NCBI GenBank assembly: GCA_016291915.1
Contig: JAEEZP010000009.1
Coordinates: 1 to 53,826, forward strand
Origin: Prevotella sp.
Lineage (GTDB): Bacteria > Bacteroidota > Bacteroidia > Bacteroidales > Bacteroidaceae
Direction: 5' to 3'
DNA: 53,826 nucleotides
Shown here: in pieces, positions 19,987 through 29,421 of the stretch
How positions within the stretch are numbered: the stretch's first letter is position 1
Layout of the letters: each line of letters opens with the position of its first letter
Made by a program: the position numbers and the translations under genes
The notes under the pieces: generated by a model
Database searches by the model: none
The model's input: the letters and a program-made list of their open reading frames with translations, nothing else
What the model was told of the DNA's origin: nothing

Positions 19987-21480
19987 ATGAAAAAGGTTAA
20001 ATTAGTTTTTCTTTTTGTAGCCCTTGTTTCTTGCTACAATTCTATTTATGCCGGTGGTATTCTCACCAACACCAATCAGAACATTGCTTTCTTAAGAAAT
20101 CCTGCAAGAGATGCAGCGATAGGTATTGATGGTGTTTACACAAATCCAGCCGGTGTTGTTTTTCTGGATAACGGAGTACATGTCAGTTTCAACTGGCAGT
20201 ATGCACATCAGACTCGTACGATTACCACGACAAACCCTGATTTCAAACTGGGTGTTGACAATGGTAATCAGGAAGTGAAGAAATTCAAAGGTGTGGCTAA
20301 CGCACCGGTTATTCCTTCTCTGCAGATTGCTTACAACAAAGACCGTTGGAGTTTCCAGGGAGCTATCGCCGTTACCGGTGGTGGTGGTAAGTGTGAGTTT
20401 GCCGAAGGTATCGGTAGCTTTGAGAGTGCCATAGGAACCATCGCCAGTCAGTTGCAGCCTTTAGGAGCCGCTGGTTATGATGCCGATGCTTACATGCGTG
20501 GAAAGCAGTATTATTTCGGTATTACCTTGGGAACTGCCTATAAGATTACGGATAATCTGTCTGTTTACGGCGGTTTGCGTCTCCTTTATGGAACAGCTGC
20601 GTATAAGGCAAAGGTGGATAATATCCAAGTAAAGACAGACAAAGGTATGGTTCCTTTCGGTGGGTTTGTCGATGGTGCGAACGCTACTATCTCCGGTGGC
20701 ATCCAGCAGATTCAGGCAGGTATTGCTCAGTATCAGCAAATGGGAGTAACCCCACCGGCAGAACTGACTACTCAGTTGGCTACCTTACAAGCCACACAAC
20801 AGAAGTTGGCAACCCTTGAGGTTTACCGTGAAGGTATCAGCATGATGTCTGACCAGTCTGGTATCGGTATTGCCCCGATTATCGGTATCGACTACAAGAC
20901 CGGCAACTGGAACTTCGCCGCAAAATATGAGTTCAAGACCCGTATGCGCATGAAGAACAGTTCAACTGTGAAGGAGCCACATCTTGTCTCTGCTCTTAAC
21001 AAATATCTCGACGGCACCTCTGTGCCTGAGGATCAGCCAGCCCTCTTCACCGTGGGTACACAGTGGAGCGTCCTGCCTACCGTACGTATCAATGCCGGTT
21101 ATCACCTGTTCTTCGACAAGTCTGCCCATTGGTATAACCATGAGGAAGATAAGTTGGATGGTAACACATGGGAAGTAAATGGCGGTGCAGAGTGGGATAT
21201 TACCGACAAGCTGCAGGTGAGCGGTGGTATTCAGAAGACCAACTACGGACTGAGTGATGCTTATATGAACGACATGTCGTTTGTAGTCAGCTCATATACC
21301 TTCGGTCTCGGCTTTGGTTATCAGATCAGCAAGAAGGTGAAAGTTAATGTGGCTTATTTCCAGACGAACTACGACACCTACAAGCAGGATGTCACACCAA
21401 CCGCTTTGAACAATACTACTCACAATGACTTCACCCGAACCAACAACGTGTTCGGTGTAGGCGTTGACCTCAAGTTATGA
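19987..21480 (+). CDS. OmpP1/FadL-family outer membrane transporter
   Basis: Signal peptide; GGILTNTNQ; conserved hatch NPAG motif (VYTNPAG); beta-barrel C-terminus. Confidence 0.8.
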   Translation: MKKVKLVFLFVALVSCYNSIYAGGILTNTNQNIAFLRNPARDAAIGIDGVYTNPAGVVFLDNGVHVSFNWQYAHQTRTITTTNPDFKLGVDNGNQEVKKFKGVANAPVIPSLQIAYNKDRWSFQGAIAVTGGGGKCEFAEGIGSFESAIGTIASQLQPLGAAGYDADAYMRGKQYYFGITLGTAYKITDNLSVYGGLRLLYGTAAYKAKVDNIQVKTDKGMVPFGGFVDGANATISGGIQQIQAGIAQYQQMGVTPPAELTTQLATLQATQQKLATLEVYREGISMMSDQSGIGIAPIIGIDYKTGNWNFAAKYEFKTRMRMKNSSTVKEPHLVSALNKYLDGTSVPEDQPALFTVGTQWSVLPTVRINAGYHLFFDKSAHWYNHEEDKLDGNTWEVNGGAEWDITDKLQVSGGIQKTNYGLSDAYMNDMSFVVSSYTFGLGFGYQISKKVKVNVAYFQTNYDTYKQDVTPTALNNTTHNDFTRTNNVFGVGVDLKL

Positions 21481-21485
21481 TTGAT

Positions 21486-21525
21486 TAGTGAAGATTCTTC
21501 ACTCTTCACTCTTAACTCTTCACTT
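21486..21525 (-). repeat. 7-mer array (AGTGAAG on - strand) with one inverted unit between convergent stops
   Basis: agtgaag-a-ttcttcac tcttcac tcttaac tcttcac. Confidence 0.8.
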
Positions 21526-21527
21526 TT

Positions 21528-23795
21528 TCAAAGCGGATCAACATCATAGAATATCTGCAAGGAATTATAGCGGATATCTTCCGACATAAGGTGCTGGATG
21601 TCTTTGAGACATTCACGCACCTTTTTCAGATCTATGCCATTCTCTAATTTCAACACCAACTTACGGATATGAAGCGTCTTCACCCTGGCAACAGACGGCT
21701 TGTCAGGACCTAACACCCGACTGCCGAAGAACTGACGAAGTCGGACACTCAAGTCTTTGGCTGCACGCTCTGCAACCTGCTCATGACGGTGACGCACAAA
21801 GACATAGATCAATCGGTAGTACGGCGGATAATGGAAAAGGGCACGTTCCTCCATGATATCAGCAGCCATCCCTTCCATATCATGATGTACGACACGATCC
21901 AACACCGGCTGCTCTGGATTACGAGTCTGTAATATCACCAATCCCTGTTTCTCTTTACGTCCGGCCCTGCCACTCACCTGTGACATCATCATGAAAGCAT
22001 GTTCGAAAGCGCGGAAGTCAGGATAGTTAAGCATATGGTCGGCATCGAGGATACCCACCACCGACACCTTGCCGAAGTCGAGACCCTTGCTGATCATCTG
22101 CGTGCCCACCAGTATCTGTGTCCTGCCGAGGGAGAAATCCTCGATAATCCGTTCATAGGCATTCCTGCTGCGTGTCGTATCCAGGTCCATACGGGAAACC
22201 TTCACGTCTGGGAAGAGCTCCACCAGTTCATCTTCTATCTTTTCCGTGCCCACTCCCCTACCGCTGATGGTCTTGCTTTCACAATTAGGACAAACCTCAG
22301 GCACCTGATACACACTACCACAATAATGGCATGTCAGTTGGTTGAAACGTTTATGATAGGTAAGCGACACATCACAGTGAGAGCAATGAGGTACCCAACC
22401 GCATGTCTTGCACTCCACAAACGAAGAGAAACCGCGACGATTCTGGAAAAGAATCACTTGCTCACCACGCTCCAAAGCCTTACGCATGGCAGCCAACAAG
22501 ACAGGGGAAAGTGTTCCTTTCATCATCTTACGACGACGCAGATCTTTCACATCGACCACCTGTATCTCCGGCAGACGGATATTCTGATAACGCGATAAGA
22601 GTTGTACAAAACCGTATTTCCCCGTCTTCGCATTGTAGTATGACTCCATGGAAGGGGTGGCAGAACCTAAAAGGGTTTTAGCACCATACATCTGGGCTAA
22701 GACGATACCGGCATTCCGCGCATGATAACGGGGTGCCTGCTCCTGCTGCTTGAAGGATGTCTCATGCTCCTCATCGACAATCACCAATCCTAACCGTTGG
22801 AAGGGGAGGAAGAGTGCCGAACGAGCTCCGAGGATGACATCATACGGATGGGCCGACAGTTGTTTCTTCCATATCTCTACCCTTTCGGCATCGCTGTACT
22901 TCGAATGATAGATACCCAAACGGTTGCCAAACACTTTCTGCAAGCGCTCACGCATCTGCACGGTAAGGGCAATCTCCGGCAAGAGATAAAGCACCTGTTC
23001 TTTCCGTTCGATCGCTTGCTGTATGAGATGGATGTATATCTCTGTCTTGCCACTGCTGGTCACTCCATGAAGCAGTACAACATTCTTTTTCAGAAAAGAG
23101 AACTGTATCTGATTATATGCCTCTGTCTGTGCAGGGTTCAACGGATGGATATTCTCAGGTTGTGGTTCGAGATCACTGTTCAATCGCCCTACCTCTTTCT
23201 CATAGGTATATAAGAACCGCCTGTCGAGAAGACTCTTGATAATCGTGGGAGAACATCTGCTGGTATTGATAAGTTCTTCACGGGTAATCTCCACGATAGG
23301 ATCATGCCCTTGCTCATCAAGGGTATCCCAATGGCTCATTTCTAAAAACTCATAGAAAGCCTTTCGCTGTTTTTCAGCCCGCTGCAGCATGTCCATCACG
23401 ATATGTAGTGACTGCACTTGTTGCAGATTCTCAGGCAGCCCCACATATTGTTCCGTCTTAGGTTTATAGACTCCCACCGTCTTCAGTCCTAATGGCAACG
23501 CCGCGTTGCACACCTCTCCTATCGGTGAAAGATAATAGTCGGCTATCCACTGCCAGAGAGCGAGTTGCCGCTCAGTGACCATAGGCTGTTCATCGAGCAC
23601 CTCAAGGATCGGTTTTACAGGGAAATCGGGCTTCTGCTCATGGATATCCACCGCCACCGCCACATAACACTTGCTCTTCCCTAACGGAACCAGCAGGCGC
23701 ATGCCTTTCTTCACGGATGCACTCACATTGTCCGGCAGTGCATACGTAAACATCCCTTCTAAAGGCAACGGTAAGATTACATCCACGTATTTCAT
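21528..23795 (-). CDS. priA: Primosomal protein N' (replication restart helicase)
   Basis: GVTSSGKT, DEEH, Cys-rich CKTC/CSHC/CHYC/CPNC, GTQMISKGLD, QVSGRAGR. Confidence 0.96.
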   Translation of the reverse strand: MKYVDVILPLPLEGMFTYALPDNVSASVKKGMRLLVPLGKSKCYVAVAVDIHEQKPDFPVKPILEVLDEQPMVTERQLALWQWIADYYLSPIGEVCNAALPLGLKTVGVYKPKTEQYVGLPENLQQVQSLHIVMDMLQRAEKQRKAFYEFLEMSHWDTLDEQGHDPIVEITREELINTSRCSPTIIKSLLDRRFLYTYEKEVGRLNSDLEPQPENIHPLNPAQTEAYNQIQFSFLKKNVVLLHGVTSSGKTEIYIHLIQQAIERKEQVLYLLPEIALTVQMRERLQKVFGNRLGIYHSKYSDAERVEIWKKQLSAHPYDVILGARSALFLPFQRLGLVIVDEEHETSFKQQEQAPRYHARNAGIVLAQMYGAKTLLGSATPSMESYYNAKTGKYGFVQLLSRYQNIRLPEIQVVDVKDLRRRKMMKGTLSPVLLAAMRKALERGEQVILFQNRRGFSSFVECKTCGWVPHCSHCDVSLTYHKRFNQLTCHYCGSVYQVPEVCPNCESKTISGRGVGTEKIEDELVELFPDVKVSRMDLDTTRSRNAYERIIEDFSLGRTQILVGTQMISKGLDFGKVSVVGILDADHMLNYPDFRAFEHAFMMMSQVSGRAGRKEKQGLVILQTRNPEQPVLDRVVHHDMEGMAADIMEERALFHYPPYYRLIYVFVRHRHEQVAERAAKDLSVRLRQFFGSRVLGPDKPSVARVKTLHIRKLVLKLENGIDLKKVRECLKDIQHLMSEDIRYNSLQIFYDVDPL

Positions 23796-23814
23796 ATCTT
23801 TCTGCGATCTTTTG

Positions 23815-23822
23815 CAAATTTA
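23815..23822 (-). promoter_or_regulatory. -7 promoter element of priA
   Basis: CAAATTTA = TAAATTTG(CA) on the - strand, 19 nt before the ATG. Confidence 0.7.
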
Positions 23823-24260
23823 GGAATAATTTTCGAATTACCATCAGGGTTGCTAAAGATTTTAGTTGGATGGTGACAACCACTTTAGGAAGTCGAGTCA
23901 ACGTGTTATAATAAAAGTACTACCGGGTTACTCCCTATCGTGCGTAGGACTCCAAGTTGTCGATTGAATAGGTTATCTGCAGAATGGTCATCTTGAAACT
24001 TTTTTTCGGAAGAAAAGTTCAGAAGGCTCTTCATCTTCTACGAAAATAGGGTTAATCGATTACAAATCAACCTATTACAGAATTTCCATCTTCTACGAAT
24101 CTTCTACGGGATAAGGAGGCTGTCTTTGGTGTCTTTTTCTAGTGGAAATGACCACTATTTCGGGTGGAGTTAGTCACTAAATGAAGGGGAAAAGAGTACC
24201 TTTGACCGGGCCTGTAGTACCCTTTTCTCATAGAGTTAGGTACTAATGCTCATAACATTC

Positions 24261-24319
24261 GTAGGGGTAGGGTTTATCCCTACCCGGTAGCAACGGGCAG
24301 ACATAAAGTCTGCCCCTAC
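24261..24319. repeat. GTAG-type REP doublet (REPIN-like)
   Basis: GTAG-GGGTAGGG-tttat-CCCTACCC and an inverted partner GGGCAGAC-ataaa-GTCTGCCC-CTAC, 9 nt apart. Confidence 0.8.
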
Positions 24320-24354
24320 AATTTGATGAGAGACTATTCGTTATGAATCAAGCA

Positions 24355-24373
24355 CCCCTTCCTGCGGGGAGGG
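24355..24373. repeat. GC-rich CCCTTCC/GGGAGGG hairpin repeat
   Basis: CCCTTCC-tgcg-GGGAGGG; same architecture as 41451-41490. Confidence 0.45.
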
Positions 24374-24664
24374 AACGGAATGAGCCTAAACTCATAAATT
24401 AACAAAAATCCGTAGAAGATTCGTAGAGGATCCGTAGAGGATAAAAAAAAGTGTATATTATTGTATGTCTGTCATTTATGCTAATTTTCGTAGAAGATGA
24501 GCGTGCTTATATCTTTCTTGGCTGTAAACCTATATGGGATTTAAATATTTAAATTGTCAACCAAAATCAGTACACGTCACTGTAAATTAGCGTGTTATGC
24601 GTCAACTATTTGGGGAATAACTAGTGAACAGGTATAATAGGCCATGATATAGCAGTTGACCCAG

Positions 24665-24860
24665 AGCACTGAAAGTGCGTCAGAACATAGGCAGGGGTGA
24701 AGCGAAGCGGAACCCCTGAGAAAAGGGATACCATTCATTAGTGCTGAAGGCACGACAGAATATCTGTCACCCTTTTAGGGTTTTGATTTTCATATGCATC
24801 ATTGCAGGGGTTTCGCTGCGCTCCACCGCCTGCCTGTAATATTAACGCCCCTTCAGGGCT
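24665..24860. repeat. About 196 bp composite palindromic element (REPIN/BIME-like)
   Basis: Left arm AGCACTGAAAGTGCG..AGGCAGGGGTGAAGCGAAGCGGAACCCCTG matches the reverse complement of the right arm (AGCCCTGAAGGGGCG..AGGCAGGCGGTGGAGCGCAGCGAAACCCCTG); centre GACAGA-ata-TCTGTC. Confidence 0.8.
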
Positions 24861-25030
24861 TACGCAACAACGGACGCTATTCATATTAGGTCTACTCCAA
24901 TAATACTGCCTAGGAATAAAGTATATCTTTACACAAGAAAGTTCTTATTTGTGTTGTTTTCAACACTTTTCGGAACTATTTTGTGCAAATATCGTTTTTT
25001 GTGGAATATTTCGCTAAGATATTAATCTCT

Positions 25031-25642
25031 TTAAAACAACACTGACAAAGAGAGTTGCCACATCTTATCTTTCGAGTGGGCATGGAAGGTTTTGTCAACG
25101 GTTTCTTTCCATTCCACATTACCAGTATTATCAATGGGAATACCGTAGTTGACAGCCAACTGTAAGTTACTGAGGGTGATGCCACCCCCTACATTAATAC
25201 TGAGATACGACTCTTTCAGTTTCCAGTTGGCATCATGAAAAGAGAAGTCCTTCTCACCCAACTGGAATGACACTTGAGGTCCTGCAGCCACGAAGATACC
25301 TAAAGGGCCGATAACGGTGAAGTCCTTACGCAGATACAGAGGGATATCGAGTGTTTTCTGATGGATCTTTTCCTCATTGACAGCCAAGGTCTTACGGTCG
25401 TTGTATAAGGCAGCAAGATCCACGTCGAGACCCACAATGGGAACATGAATGAGGATATTTGGCCCCACGAAGAAACCTTCACGGTTTTCACTCTTGAGCA
25501 TATCATGACCGAATGGATAGTCAACAAGATTCACACCACCTTTCACACCAAAACGTAAAAGATGGTCTTTGTGCTGTGCCTGTGCGCTGGTAAGCGTCAA
25601 CAGACAGATGCAGAAGAGTATCGTCCGTATATTATTGTTCAT
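25031..25642 (-). CDS. Small (about 8-stranded) outer membrane beta-barrel, porin-family protein
   Basis: Start reassigned to ATG 25642 (MNNNIR); signal peptide AQA-Q; FGVKGGVN, AGPQVSF; C-terminal LSLSVLF. Confidence 0.8.
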   Translation of the reverse strand: MNNNIRTILFCICLLTLTSAQAQHKDHLLRFGVKGGVNLVDYPFGHDMLKSENREGFFVGPNILIHVPIVGLDVDLAALYNDRKTLAVNEEKIHQKTLDIPLYLRKDFTVIGPLGIFVAAGPQVSFQLGEKDFSFHDANWKLKESYLSINVGGGITLSNLQLAVNYGIPIDNTGNVEWKETVDKTFHAHSKDKMWQLSLSVLF

Positions 25643-25702
25643 TTTCTTACTAAGTTCTTTTTCTCTGTACCGACAGAGAAAAAACAACCAAAAAGAGAAC
25701 TC

Positions 25703-25842
25703 GTTGCACGCTTCGGGTCAGATAAAATCACAACTCTTACAACTGTGCTGCGGAACTCGCTTCGCTCAAACAGGTCCTCGCACCTCCTTCAGAGCCGTTT
25801 CCAGTCGTTGGATTTTATTGCTGACCCTCTCGCTATCGCAAC
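25703..25842. repeat. 140 bp long imperfect inverted repeat or structured element
   Basis: GTTGC...GGGTCAG-ATAAAATC-ACAAC pairs with GTTG-GATTTTAT-TG-CTGACCC...GCAAC; central AACTCGCTTCGCTCAAACA. Confidence 0.65.
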
Positions 25843-25872
25843 ATTATTTTAAATACAATCTGAAAGGGCTTT

Positions 25873-26904
25873 TTAATGTCTCTCCCTACGAACCGATACA
25901 CGGGGACTGGAGGATGAGGAAGAGGAAGACTTTGCAGGTTTCGATGCTTTCACATTCGACTTACTGCCTGAAGATACCTTACGTGTTTTCTTCGCTTCCT
26001 TCTTTGCCTTAGGCGTCTCTATCTTAGCGATGCTGTCGAGCGAGTCTTTCTTTGCCGGATCACCCCAGATATTCTTCTCGAAATCGACCAACTCCTTCTC
26101 AATACGTTTCTGTTCAGCGGTGAGCGCTTCCTCTGTATTGCAATACTGTGCCAAGGTCTGTCCCAGCATGTTGGTCGTCTTATAGATCTTACCGCGATAC
26201 ATGTTCTTTGTGAAGTAGTCGTCCACACTCATCGTCGCAGCATTATTACGGTTGCTCGTCATGATCATCTGCTTACTGATGAAAGGAGCCAAGTCATCGT
26301 ATTTCACCCAGAACAACGGATACTTAGCTGCCCCATCGCCGAAATCATCTTCCCGACTCATAATCGGACAGAGAGCTATCACCTTCGTATGGAAAGAGGA
26401 ATTCGACTGATCGTAGTAGGCACTCTCCTTGATATAATAAGAGGTGACCTCGCGTGAAGGAATATCACTGTTGTCCAGATGCACACGACCATCTACCCGC
26501 TCATAGTAGATATGATAATTATCCAGGAAAGCCAAAGGCTTCACCCGGGATGAGTCGCTGAACACCTCATTACCATCCAACCGATACTCGTAAGCCTTGA
26601 TCTGACCCGTCATCATCAGTTTGAAGATATAGGTAAACAGATTCATCTGAGTACCTATCGGTTCTACGGGATAGTACAACCCGGAGTTTGCCTCCGTATT
26701 CAAGTCGAGCTCACGGTAGATATCACGCCGCCACACCACATCCTCCGACATGGAGGCTGCTGTAGGGAATGCCACCCTTGCACGAGTGGTGAGGTTCTCC
26801 GCATTCGACTGTCTTTGTTGCTGTGCCTGTCGGCGGGAAGCCGGTTGTGCATTCATCGCAACAGTCACACACGCGATTGATAATATCAATAATATTCTTT
26901 TCAT
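25873..26904 (-). CDS. porN: T9SS ring protein PorN/GldN
   Basis: DVVWRRDIYRELDL, YYIKE, PLFWVKY; last gene of porPKLMN. Start reassigned to ATG 26904 because the ORF-track extension is the 8-mer repeat. Confidence 0.9.
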   Translation of the reverse strand: MKRILLILSIACVTVAMNAQPASRRQAQQQRQSNAENLTTRARVAFPTAASMSEDVVWRRDIYRELDLNTEANSGLYYPVEPIGTQMNLFTYIFKLMMTGQIKAYEYRLDGNEVFSDSSRVKPLAFLDNYHIYYERVDGRVHLDNSDIPSREVTSYYIKESAYYDQSNSSFHTKVIALCPIMSREDDFGDGAAKYPLFWVKYDDLAPFISKQMIMTSNRNNAATMSVDDYFTKNMYRGKIYKTTNMLGQTLAQYCNTEEALTAEQKRIEKELVDFEKNIWGDPAKKDSLDSIAKIETPKAKKEAKKTRKVSSGSKSNVKASKPAKSSSSSSSSPRVSVRRERH

Positions 26905-27016
26905 CTTTTTATTAGTTGACAAGTAAACAAGTAAACGAGTTGACAAGTTATTACTCTAAACTATGAACACTAAGCCCCAAACTCTTAACTATGAACTATG
27001 AACTATGAACTATGAA
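26905..27016 (-). repeat. Composite 7-mer + 8-mer spacer between porM and porN
   Basis: On - strand: (TTCATAG)x3 plus variants, AGAGTAATAACT, (CTTGTCAA/CTCGTTTA)x4, CTAATAAAAA, then ATG. Confidence 0.85.
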
Positions 27017-28573
27017 CTATTTTACTATCACTTCCATAGAGCCCGGCAGTGTACGAGTGATACCGTCGGGTCCGATAGCTGTTACACGGTTAATATAGAA
27101 ACGACGGTTACGAGCCAGTTTGCGGAACGTCTCCTTCTGTCGTTCAGAGAATGAAGCCCCACTGCTGACGATCGGAACGGCATTACCCATATTGTCGAAG
27201 AATACCGTCTCGAAGCCCGTCACCTTAAACTCAATATCCAACAAGCCATCATCGATAGCTGCACGGATACCGTTGACCGACATCAGAGAAGCCTTTGCCA
27301 ATCCTCCACCTTTGAAACGGTTGTCGCCAACCACCATATAAGCTGTCGGATCAGGCAGTTTTCTCACTTTGAACGTTACCTGTGCCATCTGACGGGTCTT
27401 ACCCTTGTCATTGGCTGTCACGGTAAACGTCACATCCTTACCCACGGCAGAAGGTACTGCCACATAATGACCGTTACCCTTTGACGTCAGGGAACCGCCG
27501 CTCATGGATACGGACACCGCATTGGATGGGACACCCGGCACACTCACACTCATCGGGTTGGAATAACCTGCATACAGTACATTCATCAGGTCGGCAGCCA
27601 CGGTAGCGCCCATAGGTGCCGGTATCACACTGTATTTCTGGAGGAAGTCACGACGGATATCCTCACCGGCAGCATTTCTGGTGATCAGATAACCGCCGAA
27701 CGAATGTTCACCCACACTACCGGCCGTGAAAGCATATCTGCCGTTTTGCGTGTTGATACGTGTACCGTTGACATAAATCTCCGGCTGCATAGTCGTATCT
27801 ACGGCAGCCATCACGATCTGTGCAGAGAACTGTTCTCCCGGATACAGTGTTGTCTTCTCAGGGATAACGAAAGCATCCAACTTATTCACACGGATATCTT
27901 TCACGTCAACATTGGAGATCAGTGTATGTAAGACCTCACCTTCGGCATGACGCACATCACTCTGCAGTTTCGACAACAGGGTAACAGCAGCAGCCACGGG
28001 CATCCCTTCGAACATATATTCCTGCCAGTTCTTACCCATCGCATGGGCATCCTCTGGAATATTGGTTGTCAGGTTGCTGGCGATAATCTCACGCTGGCGT
28101 TCATCCGTCACCATCTTGAGGATACGTTCACGGAAGGAGTTGATTGCATCGTAAAGATCTTTTCCGTTTGTCTTGCCAGGGGCTGTCATCACCTGTGCGG
28201 CAGCCTCTAAGTCCTCCTTATTCTTAATATGATGGATATCCCCTTTCTTGCCGTCGGCTTCTTTTACGATTGCCTCTTTCAGTTGCTGTGCGAAGTTGAA
28301 GAGTGAGTCACTCATATTCTTCACGTAAGTAGCCTTATCGAACCACTCCTTCACCTTGGCGGGGTTCTTCTTCATCTGTTTCTCGAAGTCGCCATACAAC
28401 GACAGGTTCTCCTTCGTTGAATTGGCCGTCGTGCGGTTCAGGCTCTCTTCTACGATAGAGAATCCCTCGAGCACTTCCGTCGACACATTCAACGCAAGCA
28501 TAGCCATCAAGATGACATACATCAGGTTGATCATCTTTTGGCGGGGAGAAACAGGTCTTTTCTTTATTGCCAT
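27017..28573 (-). CDS. porM: T9SS motor protein PorM/GldM
   Basis: SPRQKMINLMYVILMAMLALNVS; MNVLYAGYSNP; LPDP. Confidence 0.96.
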   Translation of the reverse strand: MAIKKRPVSPRQKMINLMYVILMAMLALNVSTEVLEGFSIVEESLNRTTANSTKENLSLYGDFEKQMKKNPAKVKEWFDKATYVKNMSDSLFNFAQQLKEAIVKEADGKKGDIHHIKNKEDLEAAAQVMTAPGKTNGKDLYDAINSFRERILKMVTDERQREIIASNLTTNIPEDAHAMGKNWQEYMFEGMPVAAAVTLLSKLQSDVRHAEGEVLHTLISNVDVKDIRVNKLDAFVIPEKTTLYPGEQFSAQIVMAAVDTTMQPEIYVNGTRINTQNGRYAFTAGSVGEHSFGGYLITRNAAGEDIRRDFLQKYSVIPAPMGATVAADLMNVLYAGYSNPMSVSVPGVPSNAVSVSMSGGSLTSKGNGHYVAVPSAVGKDVTFTVTANDKGKTRQMAQVTFKVRKLPDPTAYMVVGDNRFKGGGLAKASLMSVNGIRAAIDDGLLDIEFKVTGFETVFFDNMGNAVPIVSSGASFSERQKETFRKLARNRRFYINRVTAIGPDGITRTLPGSMEVIVK

Positions 28574-28598
28574 TTATCTTGCTATCAAGAATCAAATA

Positions 28599-29420
28599 CT
28601 ACATTTCCGTACCCGGGGCTGCCACACGCATATTCACCGTCATAGCATCGATCATACGGGTATAGATCTTATTCAACTGGTCGATCTGCTGAGCCATCTT
28701 CTTTGTCTGCTCATTGATCTCATCGATGGTACTGATCTGTGAACTGGCACTTCTGAGCTGCAGTTCATAAACCTTACAGATACCTGTCAGCGTGCGGTTC
28801 AGATTCTCCATCTCCTCTGAGTCGGTTGTCAGACGACGACTCTGTTCTGCCACCTTCTCCAATACCTCAGTGAGATTCTTCAGTTCATCCACATAAGCAT
28901 TGGTAGCCTCGGTCATATCCGGAGTAAGCGGTGGAGCGACATAAGCAGCCGAGCCTTCAACGACATTGGCTGCAGCACCCTCAACAGCAGGTGCACTCAT
29001 AGCGGCAGCCACAGCACCCTCACTGGCCGTACTGCCACCACCATTGATGATGATGGTTCCGCCTGGCAGACTTCCGCCGCTAACCTTTGGTCCAACGGAG
29101 GATTCCACGATCTCTGTCTCACCATTGGCTGCTTCTGCCATCTCTAACTCACCACCCACATGTGTAGGCAACTCCATACCGTCGGCTGTCTTATCGAACG
29201 GACGGTCGAAAGCAGAGATAAAGAAGACGAACACCTCGGTGCCCATTCCTAAGAACAGGAAGAAGTTGGCTCCCGGTAGGTGAGTCAGTTTAAACAATGT
29301 ACCGAGGATCACGATAGAAGCACCCCAGCTATAGGCATAGTTGAGGAAGGTCTGTCCCGGTACGCTATCCATCCACTTCTGCAGACGGTAAACGATATTG
29401 AATTTACTATACTGTGTCAT
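28599..29420 (-). CDS. porL: T9SS motor protein PorL/GldL
   Basis: YSWGASIVILGTLFKLTHLPGA...GMGTEVFVFFISAF with the conserved TM Glu; coiled-coil C-terminus. Confidence 0.95.
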   Translation of the reverse strand: MTQYSKFNIVYRLQKWMDSVPGQTFLNYAYSWGASIVILGTLFKLTHLPGANFFLFLGMGTEVFVFFISAFDRPFDKTADGMELPTHVGGELEMAEAANGETEIVESSVGPKVSGGSLPGGTIIINGGGSTASEGAVAAAMSAPAVEGAAANVVEGSAAYVAPPLTPDMTEATNAYVDELKNLTEVLEKVAEQSRRLTTDSEEMENLNRTLTGICKVYELQLRSASSQISTIDEINEQTKKMAQQIDQLNKIYTRMIDAMTVNMRVAAPGTEM

Positions 29421-29421
29421 C

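Larger units (their letters stand above)
24031..24500. mobile_element. Non-coding element bounded by inverted repeats (MITE-like remnant or invertible segment)
   Basis: Perfect 17 bp IR TCATCTTCTACGAAAAT (24031-47 / 24484-500), plus inner 11 bp-periodic ATCTTCTACG repeats (2 left, 3 right). Confidence 0.6.

Noticed and set aside
24601-24665. GTCAACTA...GTTGACCCAG resembling the 5' end of HEARO/omegaRNA (IscB elements)
   Set aside because: Only short motifs match, there is no iscB/tnpB ORF nearby, and the downstream sequence is explained by the palindromic repeat; an Infernal scan would settle it
25562-26012. + strand ORFs of 96 and 147 aa across the OMP-porN spacer
   Set aside because: Antisense to two real genes and run through a palindromic repeat (LRNSLRSN-type repeat translation)
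26905-26946. N-terminal extension MSTRLLVYLSTNKK of PorN
   Set aside because: It is translated 8-mer repeat; the signal peptide starts at ATG 26904
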